Source of the DNA: Candidatus Omnitrophota bacterium
Lineage (GTDB): Bacteria; Omnitrophota; Gorgyraeia; Duberdicusellales; 4484-171
Direction of reading: 5' to 3'
NCBI GenBank assembly: GCA_043823745.1
Contig: JBDRAN010000006.1
Span: 104,176 to 168,175 of the forward strand
Length of the DNA stretch: 64,000 nucleotides
Positions 11,662-21,250 of this stretch are shown in pieces. A model generated the notes under the pieces. It worked only from the letters and a program-made list of their open reading frames with translations. It searched no databases and was not told where the DNA came from. The translations under genes and the position numbers were made by a program. Every line of letters begins with the position of its first letter. The first letter of the stretch is position 1.

Positions 11662-13491
11662 ATGTGCGGCATATTCGGATACGTCGGTAAAGAAATAACA
11701 GTTGCTTCGTTTTTAGAAGGTCTGCAGCGCCTCGAATATCGTGGGTACGATTCATGCGGCATCACCGGGATAAAAAACGGAGATTTTTTTATTCGAAAGC
11801 GGCCGGGGAAAATTGCTCAATTGAAAGAAGAATTAAAGAAAGAACTTACTCATACGTATCCGCTCGGGATATTGCATACGCGATGGGCGACACATGGTAA
11901 GCCAAACCAGGTTAATTCTCACCCGCATCATGACTGTAAAAACAACATCGCAATTGTTCACAACGGTATTATAGAAAATTACGCTTCCCTTAAAGAAGGG
12001 CTGATACGCGAGGGGCATCATTTTGTTAGCGAAACCGACACCGAGGTTATCGCGCACCTTATTGAAAAGTTTTACGTTACGTCCCTGCGGGAGGCGGTAA
12101 GCCGGGCAATCAGCAAACTTTCGGGGTCTTTTGCGTTGGGTGTTATTTCAAAAAGCGAGCCCGATGTTTTGATCGGTGTGCGAAAGGGGAGTCCGCTCAT
12201 CGTCGGCCGTACGACGGGCGGGTATTTTCTCGCCTCAGATATTCCGGCCCTCCTGCCCTTTACCCGGGATGTGGTATATTTGAGAGACAAAGAAATACTT
12301 GTCGCGACAAGACGTAGTTGTAAGGCATTTTATTTTAACGGCAAGCCGGCTCGCCTTCGCTTTGAAAAAGTTACGATGCAGGCTGAGGCAGTGGAAAAGA
12401 AACATTATGAACATTTTATGCGCAAAGAAATTTTTGAGCAACCGGAGGTCTTACGAAAGATGCTTGCGGTTCATGCAAAACGATCCGGCATAACACTTCC
12501 CGACATGCATCTTGCCGACAGCTATTTAACACGCGTTAAAAACGTATTTATTACCGCGTGCGGTACGGCGTATCACGCTGGCTATGTGGGGAAATATTTT
12601 CTTGAGAAGTATTGCGGCCTTGATGTTCAAATTGATACTTCTTCGGAGTTTCGCTACCGGCATCTTAATTTACGCCGGGGAGGTCTTTTATTGACGGTTT
12701 CGCAGTCGGGAGAGACGGCGGATACGCTTTCCGCGGTGAGAGAAGCAAAAGCAAAAGGTGTCAAAGTCGTCAGTATATGCAACGTGGTAGGCTCGAGTTT
12801 GGCGAAGGAAAGCGACGGCCTTATGTTTACCCACGCAGGCCCCGAGATAGGCGTTGCCTCAACGAAAGCGTACACCGCGCAAATTATGGCATTGATGATT
12901 TTTGCTTTGTATTGGGGGCGCCTGCGTAAGACCATCAGCGCGCGGGCATTGTCCGATATGCTCAAAGAGCTTTCGCGTATACCAGAATACCAGCGCGCGA
13001 TTCTTGCCAAAGAGAAAGAGGTTAAAGAGATTGCGCGGGATTTCTCCAAATTCGGGTGCTTTCTTTTTTTAGGGCGGGGTATCAATTTTCCCTCGGCACT
13101 CGAAGGCGCGCTTAAACTTAAAGAAATTTCCTATGTTCCGGCGGAAGGGTATCCTGCGGGCGAAATGAAGCATGGACCCATCGCGTTAATTGATGAGTAC
13201 CGCGGTGTGGTGTGTATCGCGCCGCGCGATGATCTCTATGAAAAGATGATTTCTAATATCCAGGAGATAAAAGCCCGCCGCGGGAAGGTACTCGCGATCG
13301 TCAACGACGGCGATCGCGAGGCACGTTGCGCGAGTGACGCCTGTATCTATATACCACGGCTGCGCAATCAGGATTTTTCCCCGATCCTCGTGGCAGTGGT
13401 GATGCAACTTTTTGCCTATCACGTTGCTAAGAACCTCGGCCGCGAAATAGATCAACCGCGGAATTTAGCGAAGTCGGTTACGGTAGAATAA
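11662..13491 (+). CDS. glmS: Glutamine--fructose-6-phosphate aminotransferase
   Basis: MCGIFGYVG with an N-terminal nucleophile Cys, two SIS domains, and the C-terminal ...KSVTVE. Confidence 0.95.
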   Translation: MCGIFGYVGKEITVASFLEGLQRLEYRGYDSCGITGIKNGDFFIRKRPGKIAQLKEELKKELTHTYPLGILHTRWATHGKPNQVNSHPHHDCKNNIAIVHNGIIENYASLKEGLIREGHHFVSETDTEVIAHLIEKFYVTSLREAVSRAISKLSGSFALGVISKSEPDVLIGVRKGSPLIVGRTTGGYFLASDIPALLPFTRDVVYLRDKEILVATRRSCKAFYFNGKPARLRFEKVTMQAEAVEKKHYEHFMRKEIFEQPEVLRKMLAVHAKRSGITLPDMHLADSYLTRVKNVFITACGTAYHAGYVGKYFLEKYCGLDVQIDTSSEFRYRHLNLRRGGLLLTVSQSGETADTLSAVREAKAKGVKVVSICNVVGSSLAKESDGLMFTHAGPEIGVASTKAYTAQIMALMIFALYWGRLRKTISARALSDMLKELSRIPEYQRAILAKEKEVKEIARDFSKFGCFLFLGRGINFPSALEGALKLKEISYVPAEGYPAGEMKHGPIALIDEYRGVVCIAPRDDLYEKMISNIQEIKARRGKVLAIVNDGDREARCASDACIYIPRLRNQDFSPILVAVVMQLFAYHVAKNLGREIDQPRNLAKSVTVE

Positions 13492-13581
13492 ATAAGTACC
13501 ACGTATCACGTATAGAGTAACACGTTCAAAGAAATAAAAATCACGACGTGTTACGTGAGACGTGCGACTTGTTACAGATAT

Positions 13582-14283
13582 ATGTTATATATCGTCGCGA
13601 CCCCCATCGGGAATCTCGAAGATATCACGCTGCACGCGGTACGTGTGTTAGGCGAAGTTGATTGGGTTCTTGCCGAAGATACCCGAAAAACAGGCCTCTT
13701 GCTTGCGCACTATCGAATCAAAAAACCCCTTGTCAGTTTTTACGAACACAACGAAGTCAAGAAAACCCCCTGGGTCATAGAAGAGCTTAAGAAGGGAATG
13801 GCTATGGCTCTTGTTTCCAGCGCCGGAACCCCCACGATATCAGACCCGGGATATAAATTGGTGCGCGCCTGCGCCGACGAGCAACTTACGGTTACCGCAC
13901 TACCCGGGCCGTCCAGCATTATGAATGCGCTCGCGCTTTCTGTCGTGCCCCACGATAAATTTATTTTTGTTGGGTATCTACCGCGTAAGCGAGGAGAGCG
14001 GGAACGGTTACTTACAAAGATTAAAGCATGGGACGTTACCTGTATTTTTCTTGAGTCGCCGTTTCGAATACGGCAGACGCTTGTTGACATACAGACGCTT
14101 GTTGGTGCGCGCCGCGTGAGTCTTTGTCGCGAAATGACTAAGAAATTCGAGGAGGTTCGCACACTCCCGGTCGATGAGGCCATCGCGCACGTCGCCGCTG
14201 GTACACCGAAAGGTGAATTTACGGTTGTACTCGAACGTGCTACGCCTGATGCGCGTGGTTTGAAACGCAGAGAGGCAACCTAG
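13582..14283 (+). CDS. rsmI: 16S rRNA (cytidine1402-2'-O)-methyltransferase RsmI
   Basis: MLYIVATPIGNLEDITLHAVRVLGEVDWVLAEDTRKTGLLL...LPGPSS...FESPFR matches the RsmI / tetrapyrrole-methylase fold. Confidence 0.85.
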   Translation: MLYIVATPIGNLEDITLHAVRVLGEVDWVLAEDTRKTGLLLAHYRIKKPLVSFYEHNEVKKTPWVIEELKKGMAMALVSSAGTPTISDPGYKLVRACADEQLTVTALPGPSSIMNALALSVVPHDKFIFVGYLPRKRGERERLLTKIKAWDVTCIFLESPFRIRQTLVDIQTLVGARRVSLCREMTKKFEEVRTLPVDEAIAHVAAGTPKGEFTVVLERATPDARGLKRREAT

Positions 14284-14304
14284 AAAAAACGGAGGAGTGC
14301 TGCC

Positions 14305-15339
14305 ATGAATGCGGTATTACGCAGTCTTTTGAACGCCGCCGGCGTTTCCGGGTACGAGAGCGCCGTTGCCGCGATTATGGAGCGGGAGCTTGCGAAATCC
14401 TGCGACAGGGTTTCCCGGGATGTTTTTGGTAATGTAATTGCAGTGAAAGGCAAGGGGAAAAAGAAGCTTATGCTTGCTGCGCATATGGACGAAGTAGGCT
14501 TTGCGGTTAAGTATGTCAGCAAAGAAGGGTACGTGTATTTTGTAAAAGTCGGCGGCATCGACGATCGAATTCTCTTGGCCAGCCGCGTGGTCATTAAAGC
14601 AAAAAAAGGTGATTGTTGTGGCGTTATCGGTTCTAAACCTCCCCATTTGCAAAAAGAAGAAGATAAAAAACAGCTTCCACGCCACGAAGATATGTTTATC
14701 GATATCGGGGCGACGACTCAAGGAGAGGCATTGGGGCGCATTGAGATCGCTGATTCCATTATTTTTGAACCCAATGCAGGGGTGTTTGCCGGCAACCTCT
14801 GTTATGGTAAGGCGGTCGACGATCGAGTCGGCTGTTACGCTTTGCTTAAAGTGATGGAAAAAATCGATATCGACGCACAAGTATTTGCCGTAGCCACCGC
14901 CCAGGAAGAAGTTGGTTTAAAAGGCGCGCGCACGTCGGGGTTTAAGATAAACCCTGATTTTGCTCTCGTGATCGACACGACCATGGCCGGGGATACTCCA
15001 GGGATTCAGGAGGTAGAATCATCATGGAAGCTCGGAGCAGGGGTGGCAATTACGGTAATCGAAGCCGGGGGTAGAGGGGTCATCGTGAATGAATCGGTTA
15101 AGCGTATGCTTATCGAAGCCGCTCAACGCAACGCAATAAAGTATCAATTGGGCGTCGTTGACGGTGGCATGACCGATGCCGCAATGATTTATATGAGCAA
15201 AGAAGGTGTGCCTACCGGCGTGTTGAGTATCCCCACGCGTTACATCCATGGGCCTACCGGCGTTTTTGATGCCAGAGACGTGGAAAGCGCTATTGCGCTT
15301 GCCTTAAAAGCTTCTCAGGCATCCCTGCGTATGCGCTGA
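14305..15339 (+). CDS. M42 family metallopeptidase (FrvX / glutamyl-aminopeptidase-like)
   Basis: 344 aa with ...LMLAAHMDEVGF... and the conserved metal-binding pattern of the M42 family. Confidence 0.75.
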   Translation: MNAVLRSLLNAAGVSGYESAVAAIMERELAKSCDRVSRDVFGNVIAVKGKGKKKLMLAAHMDEVGFAVKYVSKEGYVYFVKVGGIDDRILLASRVVIKAKKGDCCGVIGSKPPHLQKEEDKKQLPRHEDMFIDIGATTQGEALGRIEIADSIIFEPNAGVFAGNLCYGKAVDDRVGCYALLKVMEKIDIDAQVFAVATAQEEVGLKGARTSGFKINPDFALVIDTTMAGDTPGIQEVESSWKLGAGVAITVIEAGGRGVIVNESVKRMLIEAAQRNAIKYQLGVVDGGMTDAAMIYMSKEGVPTGVLSIPTRYIHGPTGVFDARDVESAIALALKASQASLRMR

Positions 15340-15367
15340 AGAGATAGTGTCCGTGCCCAGTTTTGTC

Positions 15368-15396
15368 TTGACAAAGCAGGGTTCTTGGTTTATTGT
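15368..15396 (+). promoter_or_regulatory. Sigma70-like promoter (TTGACA, 17-bp spacer, TATTGT) for the 15460 gene
   Basis: Read directly. It is followed by an AAGGAGG RBS. Confidence 0.4.
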
Positions 15397-15459
15397 AGTT
15401 CCTTAGTAACCAGCCTTTATGCATGGTGGTCTTATTTTTAACATGAAAAAGGAGGAAGT

Positions 15460-15867
15460 ATGGCTCAACGTATTTTTTTTCTCGCGGCATTGACCGTGAC
15501 GATCGGCGTGGCAAGCGTTTTTGCTCAAAATGTGCAAAAAGAAGGAACGGCGGTCGCGGGCGACGTGGCATCACCGATGAAGGAGGCAGCCAGCGATAAT
15601 AAAAAAGTTGTTAAGGGGGTTGTTAAGGAAGTTTCCAAGGATAAAACCCATATTCTGGTAGATAGCACCAAGATCCTTGCGACGAAAGAATTTCTCGATG
15701 ATTCCTATCTTGAGGCAGGAGATAAAGTTGAAATTACAGTTGAGAAGACCGACGCAGGTTTAAAAGCGGTCAGCTATAATTATATTTTTGAAGAAGACCC
15801 CTCGGAAGACGTAGAGCTTCCGGATGCCAATCGTTCCGAAGAATCACCTACTGCGGAAAAGCGGTAA
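15460..15867 (+). CDS. Hypothetical small secreted protein
   Basis: MAQRIFFLAALTVTIGVASVFAQ signal peptide, a Lys/Glu-rich mature region, and strong promoter and RBS signals. Confidence 0.5.
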   Translation: MAQRIFFLAALTVTIGVASVFAQNVQKEGTAVAGDVASPMKEAASDNKKVVKGVVKEVSKDKTHILVDSTKILATKEFLDDSYLEAGDKVEITVEKTDAGLKAVSYNYIFEEDPSEDVELPDANRSEESPTAEKR

Positions 15868-15954
15868 AGCGGCAGAGGTGACTACGAGCCTTTAAGTCGG
15901 TCCGGTGAGGCCGTCAAGGAGCTTGCAATGAATCGGCGATACGATAATAAGGAT

Positions 15955-15992
15955 GACCCCGCACAAAAAAACAGTGCGGGGTTCTTTTTTTA
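15955..15992 (+). terminator. Rho-independent terminator
   Basis: gaCCCCGCACaaaaaaacaGTGCGGGGttcttttttt: a GC stem followed by a T-tract. Confidence 0.65.
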
Positions 15993-16136
15993 ATGAGACT
16001 TGCTTTTTTTGCACCAGCAAAAAAGGCCTAGCCGAATTAATCCCGAAGCCTTTCTGGAAAATTTCATATTCCCAAAACGAGAAATCTTCCAGATATTAAG
16101 AGGCAAGGGATAATAAGACAAAAACGCATAGGACCA

Positions 16137-16685
16137 ATGAGCACCTTCAAAGAAAAAGCAAAAATTTTATCGCAGGATGAAATCAAACGTACGATATACC
16201 GCCTGACGCATCAGATTCTCGAGGCGCACTCGGATATTGCCAATATTGTGTTGATCGGGATAGAGACGCGCGGCGTGTACCTGGCCAGGAGGCTACAGGC
16301 CATCATCAAAGAACTCGAGCACATAGAGCTACCCTTGGGAATTCTTGATATAACCTTCTACCGTGACGACTTAACGGCCGTGGGGCACAAGCCGGAAGTT
16401 AAAGCAACCCAGATCGACTTTGATTTTAACGACAAAACCGTTGTGTTGGTTGACGATGTTCTTTTTACCGGCCGTACTATCCGGGCGGCACTCGATGAGA
16501 TTATGGATTTCGGGAGACCCAGGAAGGTAGAACTCTTGGTGCTGATCGATCGTGGGCACCGGGAACTTCCGGTGCGCGCTGATTTTGTAGGAAAAAATAT
16601 TCCCACCGCTAAGCAGGAAACGGTAAAGGTGTGTTTTGACGAAGTTGACGGAAAAGATGAGGTCATCCTTGGCGAAAAAGGCTAA
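16137..16685 (+). CDS. pyrR: Bifunctional pyr operon regulator / uracil phosphoribosyltransferase PyrR
   Basis: MSTFKEKAKILSQDEIKRTIYRLTHQILE...VVLVDDVLFTGRTIRAALD carries the PRTase motif. It is followed by pyrB and pyrC. Confidence 0.9.
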   Translation: MSTFKEKAKILSQDEIKRTIYRLTHQILEAHSDIANIVLIGIETRGVYLARRLQAIIKELEHIELPLGILDITFYRDDLTAVGHKPEVKATQIDFDFNDKTVVLVDDVLFTGRTIRAALDEIMDFGRPRKVELLVLIDRGHRELPVRADFVGKNIPTAKQETVKVCFDEVDGKDEVILGEKG

Positions 16686-17625
16686 CGTTACGGGGATTTG
16701 GAAACGCAAAGACCTTCTCGATTTAGAAAACTTGAATCGTGAAGAGATAGAACTCGTTCTTGCAACTGCCGAATCATTTAAGGAAGTTTCCCGCCGCGAG
16801 ATAAAAAAAGTACCGGCGCTCCGCGGTAAAACGTTAGTAAATCTTTTTTATGAACCTTCAACACGCACCCGCGTTTCTTTTGAGGTGGCGGCAAAAAGAT
16901 TATCATTGGATGTTATTAATATTGCATCGGAAACTTCCAGCGTCCGAAAGGGTGAGACGCTCATCGATACCGGCAGAAATATTGAGGCGCTCAAGGTCGA
17001 TATTATTGTGGTTCGGCACAACTATTCAGGTGCCGCGGCAATGCTCGCGCGGAATGTGAAGGCGAGCGTAGTCAATGCCGGCGATGGGTGGCACGAGCAC
17101 CCGACACAGGCGCTCCTTGATATTTTTACCTTAAAGGAAAAGTTTGGCGCGATCGAGGGTCTTCGTGTGAGCATTGTCGGTGATATCGCGCATTCGCGCG
17201 TCGCGCGTTCAAATATCTGGGGCCTTACGAAATTAGGGGCTACCGTTACGGTGTGTGCGCCCGCAATACTTATTCCCGCGGCGATCGAGCAGATGGGGGT
17301 TACGGTTACATCCGATCTCGATGAAGCGCTTCATGGCGCGGATGCGGTTAATGTTTTACGCATGCAGTTTGAGCGCGATACCCAGGGCGCGTTTCCTAAG
17401 CAGCTTGAATATTTTAAACAGTATGGTATTACCGAAGAACGTTTAACGCGCGCAAAAAAGAACATTGTGGTGATGCACCCAGGTCCGATTAACCGTGGGA
17501 TTGAGATGTCAAGCGATGTTGCCGACGGACCGAATTCCGTTATTCTTGATCAAGTCACCAACGGTATTGCCATACGCATGGCAGTACTCTTTTTAGTGGC
17601 CCAGGCCAACGAACATATACGATGA
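16657..17625 (+). CDS. pyrB: Aspartate carbamoyltransferase catalytic subunit
   Basis: ...KDLLDLENLNREEIELVLATAESFK...STRTR...HPTQ...HPGP. The ATG at 16657 overlaps the pyrR 3' end. Confidence 0.9.
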   Translation: MRSSLAKKANVTGIWKRKDLLDLENLNREEIELVLATAESFKEVSRREIKKVPALRGKTLVNLFYEPSTRTRVSFEVAAKRLSLDVINIASETSSVRKGETLIDTGRNIEALKVDIIVVRHNYSGAAAMLARNVKASVVNAGDGWHEHPTQALLDIFTLKEKFGAIEGLRVSIVGDIAHSRVARSNIWGLTKLGATVTVCAPAILIPAAIEQMGVTVTSDLDEALHGADAVNVLRMQFERDTQGAFPKQLEYFKQYGITEERLTRAKKNIVVMHPGPINRGIEMSSDVADGPNSVILDQVTNGIAIRMAVLFLVAQANEHIR

Positions 17626-18911
17626 GCACAATTCTTATACAGGGTGGCCGCGTAATCGATCCGGCAAACAAGCGGGATGAGGTATCTGATGTGTTGGTTA
17701 AAGACGGACGCATTGCCGAGATCGCCCGCGACATTAAGCCTGAAGGCGCACAGGTTATCGCCGCCGCGGGTAACGTTGTAATGCCGGGAATTGTCGACAT
17801 GCATGTGCATTTACGCCAACCCGGCAGAGAGGATAAAGAAACCGTGGCTTCAGGTTCGCGCGCAGGCTTGCGGGGTGGCGTGACCACCATGCTTGCTATG
17901 CCCAATACGCTGGAGACCATTGATTGCATTGCAACCGTACGAAAACTTCGCGATATTATCTCACGCACGGCGTGTGCACATGTTTTAATGTGCGGGGCAA
18001 TTACGAAAGAACGGGCGGGAAAAGAATTAAGCGACATTGCAGGGCTTGCCCACGAGGGCATTGTAGCAATTTCTGATGACGGGGCATCCGTTGATTCGGA
18101 AGAGCTCTTACGCGAAGCCCTCGTGCGCGCGCATAAAGCAAAAGTTACGGTAACCTGTCACTGTGAAGATAAAACGGTATCGACGAACGGGGTAGTTAAT
18201 CTTGGGTTTACCTCGACGCGTTTAGGCTTACGCGGTATCTCTAAAGAGGCGGAATGGCAGCGTGTTGCCCGGGATATCGAATGCGCGGCAAAACAGAATG
18301 TTCCCATCCATATCGCCCATGTCAGCTGCAAAGAATCATTAGAAATAATCGCGAAAGCGAAGCAGAAAGGCGTACGGGTAAGCGCCGAAACCGCGCCGCA
18401 CTATTTTTCATTAAACGAAGAAGCGGTACTCGGGTACGATACTAATTTTAAAATGAATCCTCCGTTGCGTTCCGCATCAGACGTGATTGCGATCAAGGAA
18501 GCGCTTCGCGACGGAATTATCGATGTGATCGCTTCCGATCACGCGCCGCATACGGAAAATGAAAAAGAAATTGAGTTCGACCGAGCCGAATTCGGCGTGA
18601 TTGGGCTCGAAACAGAGCTCGCGGTCTCTTACACGCATCTGGTTGTATCCGGCGTGCTTGGGGTTGCACAGCTTGTTGAAAAATTCACTGTCGCACCCGC
18701 GCGAATTTTAGGAATCAATAAAGGTACGCTTGGCATAGGAGCCGATGCCGACCTTGTTGTGTTTAACCCCCAACGCGCCTGGGTCGTTAAAAAAGAAGAG
18801 CTTGTTTCAAAATCAAAAAATTCACCGTATCTTGGTAAAACGTTACGCGGAGTGGTTGAATGCACCATATATAATGGTTCAATCGTCTACGTAAACACAC
18901 CGAGCATCTGA
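17622..18911 (+). CDS. pyrC: Dihydroorotase (long, allantoinase-like type)
   Basis: 429 aa with ...MPGIVDMHVHLRQPG... metal-binding histidines. It overlaps the pyrB stop (ATGA). Confidence 0.9.
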   Translation: MSTILIQGGRVIDPANKRDEVSDVLVKDGRIAEIARDIKPEGAQVIAAAGNVVMPGIVDMHVHLRQPGREDKETVASGSRAGLRGGVTTMLAMPNTLETIDCIATVRKLRDIISRTACAHVLMCGAITKERAGKELSDIAGLAHEGIVAISDDGASVDSEELLREALVRAHKAKVTVTCHCEDKTVSTNGVVNLGFTSTRLGLRGISKEAEWQRVARDIECAAKQNVPIHIAHVSCKESLEIIAKAKQKGVRVSAETAPHYFSLNEEAVLGYDTNFKMNPPLRSASDVIAIKEALRDGIIDVIASDHAPHTENEKEIEFDRAEFGVIGLETELAVSYTHLVVSGVLGVAQLVEKFTVAPARILGINKGTLGIGADADLVVFNPQRAWVVKKEELVSKSKNSPYLGKTLRGVVECTIYNGSIVYVNTPSI

Positions 18912-18923
18912 TTCGCGGGTATC

Positions 18924-19373
18924 ATGAAGTTTATCGTGACAAGCGAATTAGGAAGACTGGCGCGTTGGCTGCGTCTGGCAGGGCACGATACGCTCTATTA
19001 CACACATGCGGTAGACGGCACGCTCATTGTTATGGCGCTTCGCGATAACCGCATGATTATCACGCGCCGCAAAGAAAAAATCGGCAATTGCGCCGTCCAG
19101 ACGGTTGTGCTTGCGGCAACCGAAGTTCGCGCTCAACTGCATGAACTCGCGTTAACAGTTACACTCGCCCCCGCCGCGGGCGCGGTATGTTCTCGATGTG
19201 CTGTCTGTAACGGCGAATTGGAGCGCGTGGCGAAAGAGCCCCATGCGACCGCCCTGCCCGCGTACGTGGCTTTGCACAAACGACTATTGATGCGTTGTGC
19301 GGCGTGCGGCAAGATTTATTGGCACGGTACGCACGTAGAGAAGATAAAAGAAATTATCGACACGCTACAGTAA
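18924..19373 (+). CDS. Mut7-C RNase domain protein (DUF82) with a C-terminal zinc ribbon
   Basis: MKFIVTSELGRLARWLRLAGHDTLY... plus CSRCAVCNGEL...CAACGKIYWHGTH, the canonical Mut7-C layout. Confidence 0.7.
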   Translation: MKFIVTSELGRLARWLRLAGHDTLYYTHAVDGTLIVMALRDNRMIITRRKEKIGNCAVQTVVLAATEVRAQLHELALTVTLAPAAGAVCSRCAVCNGELERVAKEPHATALPAYVALHKRLLMRCAACGKIYWHGTHVEKIKEIIDTLQ

Positions 19374-19381
19374 AGGAAAAT

Positions 19382-20620
19382 ATGGAATTTATTGCTGACT
19401 TTCATATTCATTCAAAATATTCGCGCGCTACAAGCCGCGAGATGGAGATTCCCACGATCGCGCAATGGGCCCAGCGGAAAGGTATCGCGCTCATGGGAAC
19501 CGGTGATTTCACGCATCACCTGTGGCTCCAAGAACTAAAAAATACTCTCGATGATTGCGGAAACGGTCTTTTTAAATATAAAGAAACCAATTTTATGTTA
19601 ACTGCCGAAGTAAGCAGTATTTATTCTAAACGCGGCAAGACCCACCGCATTCATAACCTCATTTTTGCTCCTTCATTTATTTCGGTTGAAAAGATCAATG
19701 AGGCGCTGGGCCGTCGCGGTAATTTAGCCAGCGACGGAAGGCCCATCCTCGGTGTTGACGCGGCAGAGCTTGCGCATATTGTTTTTGATATTGATGAGCG
19801 TTGCATGATTGTTCCCGGGCATATTTGGACGCCATGGTTTTCCCTCTTTGGATCGATGTCAGGGTTTGACGCGATCGAGGATTGTTTTGAAAAGGAGACG
19901 CCGAAGATCTTTGCCCTCGAGACAGGTCTTTCCAGCGACCCGGCGATGAACTGGCGTTTGAGCGCGCTCGATCGGTTTAGCCTCATTTCAAACAGCGATT
20001 CTCACTCTCCCGCAAAAATAGGACGTGAGGCGAATGTGTTTGACTGCGCGTTACGTTATGACGCGATACGCGAAACACTTCGAAGCAAAGATCGTCATGC
20101 GTTTCTCTATACGATAGAATTTTTTCCCGAAGAAGGAAAGTATCATTTTGACGGCCACCGGTTGTGTAAAGTGCGGCTCGCGCCAGAGGAAACAAGAAAG
20201 CACAAAGGCAAATGTCCTCATTGCGGAAAACCGGTTACCGTGGGGGTCATGAATAGGGTTGAGCAGCTCGCCGATCGGCCCGAGGGCTTTAAGCCGGAAA
20301 ACGTTATTCCCTACAAGAATCTTATCCCGCTTGAGGAGGTGATCGCCGAGGCAAAAGGAGTTAAGAAGGGAAGCGCCACGGTCGCTAAAGAATATTTCGA
20401 CATTGTGAGTCGGTATGGGAGCGAATTTGATATTCTATTGAAGCGTTCGCAGGAGGAGCTGGCCCGCACATTACCCGCGCGACTGGTTGAGGCGATTATG
20501 CGTATGCGACAGGGGAATGTGAGCATACAGGCTGGTTTTGACGGAGAATACGGAGTTGTTTCTCTCTTTGGCCCTGAGGGCGAGCACAAAGAGGAAAAGC
20601 AACAACTGAGCTTGTTTTGA
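19382..20620 (+). CDS. Endonuclease Q-like PHP-domain protein (TIGR00375 family)
   Basis: MEFIADFHIHSKYSRATS...GTGDFTHHLW...PGHIWTPWFSLF...LSNSDSHSP...GREANVF...GKYHFDGH...CPHCGK...LAPLEEVI...GFDGEYGV lines up block by block with archaeal EndoQ. Confidence 0.8.
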   Translation: MEFIADFHIHSKYSRATSREMEIPTIAQWAQRKGIALMGTGDFTHHLWLQELKNTLDDCGNGLFKYKETNFMLTAEVSSIYSKRGKTHRIHNLIFAPSFISVEKINEALGRRGNLASDGRPILGVDAAELAHIVFDIDERCMIVPGHIWTPWFSLFGSMSGFDAIEDCFEKETPKIFALETGLSSDPAMNWRLSALDRFSLISNSDSHSPAKIGREANVFDCALRYDAIRETLRSKDRHAFLYTIEFFPEEGKYHFDGHRLCKVRLAPEETRKHKGKCPHCGKPVTVGVMNRVEQLADRPEGFKPENVIPYKNLIPLEEVIAEAKGVKKGSATVAKEYFDIVSRYGSEFDILLKRSQEELARTLPARLVEAIMRMRQGNVSIQAGFDGEYGVVSLFGPEGEHKEEKQQLSLF

Positions 20621-20642
20621 AACGCGGCAACACGCAGGTAGG

Positions 20643-21128
20643 GTGTTTGTGAAAATATTGATTGTTTATTACTCTTTTTCCGGTAACACTAAAATCGCAG
20701 CGCTTACGCTGTACGAATATCTAAAAAGCCGCGGCCAGGTTGAGATGGTCCAGCTGCAGTGGCTTGATGAATCAAGAAATTTCTTTATTCAGTCGGCGCG
20801 TGCCCTTTGGCATGTCCGCGGCAACATTCAGGGTGTCGAGCTCAATCTGAGTGGCTATGACCTCGTTTGTTTCGGGACTCCGGTGTGGGCATTTGGTCCC
20901 GCCCCGGCAATGAATACCTATCTTGATAATTCTCAAGGGTTGGAGGGTAAACAGGCCGTGCTCTTTACTACGTACGGAAGCGGCACCGGTAATACTCGCT
21001 GTTTGGATTATATGCAGAATATTCTTGCTACAAAAGGAGTTGTTTCTTTTAAGCGGTTTTCTGTCAAGCAAGTGGGCCTTAAAGATCGTGTAATGGTTCG
21101 GGCCATCATCGAAAAAGCTCTTTTGTAG
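20643..21128 (+). CDS. Flavodoxin-like fold protein
   Basis: KILIVYYSFSGNTKIAALTLYEYLKS is the flavodoxin N-terminal FMN loop pattern. The start is GTG at either 20643 or 20649. Confidence 0.55.
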   Translation: MFVKILIVYYSFSGNTKIAALTLYEYLKSRGQVEMVQLQWLDESRNFFIQSARALWHVRGNIQGVELNLSGYDLVCFGTPVWAFGPAPAMNTYLDNSQGLEGKQAVLFTTYGSGTGNTRCLDYMQNILATKGVVSFKRFSVKQVGLKDRVMVRAIIEKALL

Positions 21129-21170
21129 TGGTCCTTACGTTTGAACACCGAGACACAATATTTTATCGAT

Positions 21171-21242
21171 GCGCCTGTGGCCTAACGGATAAGGCACCAG
21201 CCTCCGGAGCTGGTGATGCAGGTTCAATTCCTGCCAGGCGCG
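21171..21242 (+). tRNA. tRNA-Arg (anticodon CCG), no encoded CCA
   Basis: GCGCCTGTGGCCTAACGGATAAGGCACCAGCCTCCGGAGCTGGTGATGCAGGTTCAATTCCTGCCAGGCGCG. Hand-folded cloverleaf with anticodon loop CTCCGGA. Confidence 0.85.
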
Positions 21243-21250
21243 CGAATGTT

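Noticed and set aside
11600-11662. Checked for a glmS ribozyme upstream of glmS and for T-box leaders upstream of thrS and pheS
   Set aside because: glmS starts immediately after the upstream ORF, leaving no leader. The thrS and pheS leaders lack the T-box sequence and specifier-loop signatures.
16088-16109. Possible PyrR-binding loop upstream of pyrR (tCCAGAtattaAGAGGCaaggg)
   Set aside because: It resembles the UCCAGAGAGGCU core only after allowing a 5-nt insertion. No convincing anti-terminator or terminator pair was found around it. There is no leader between pyrR and pyrB where PyrR attenuators usually sit.
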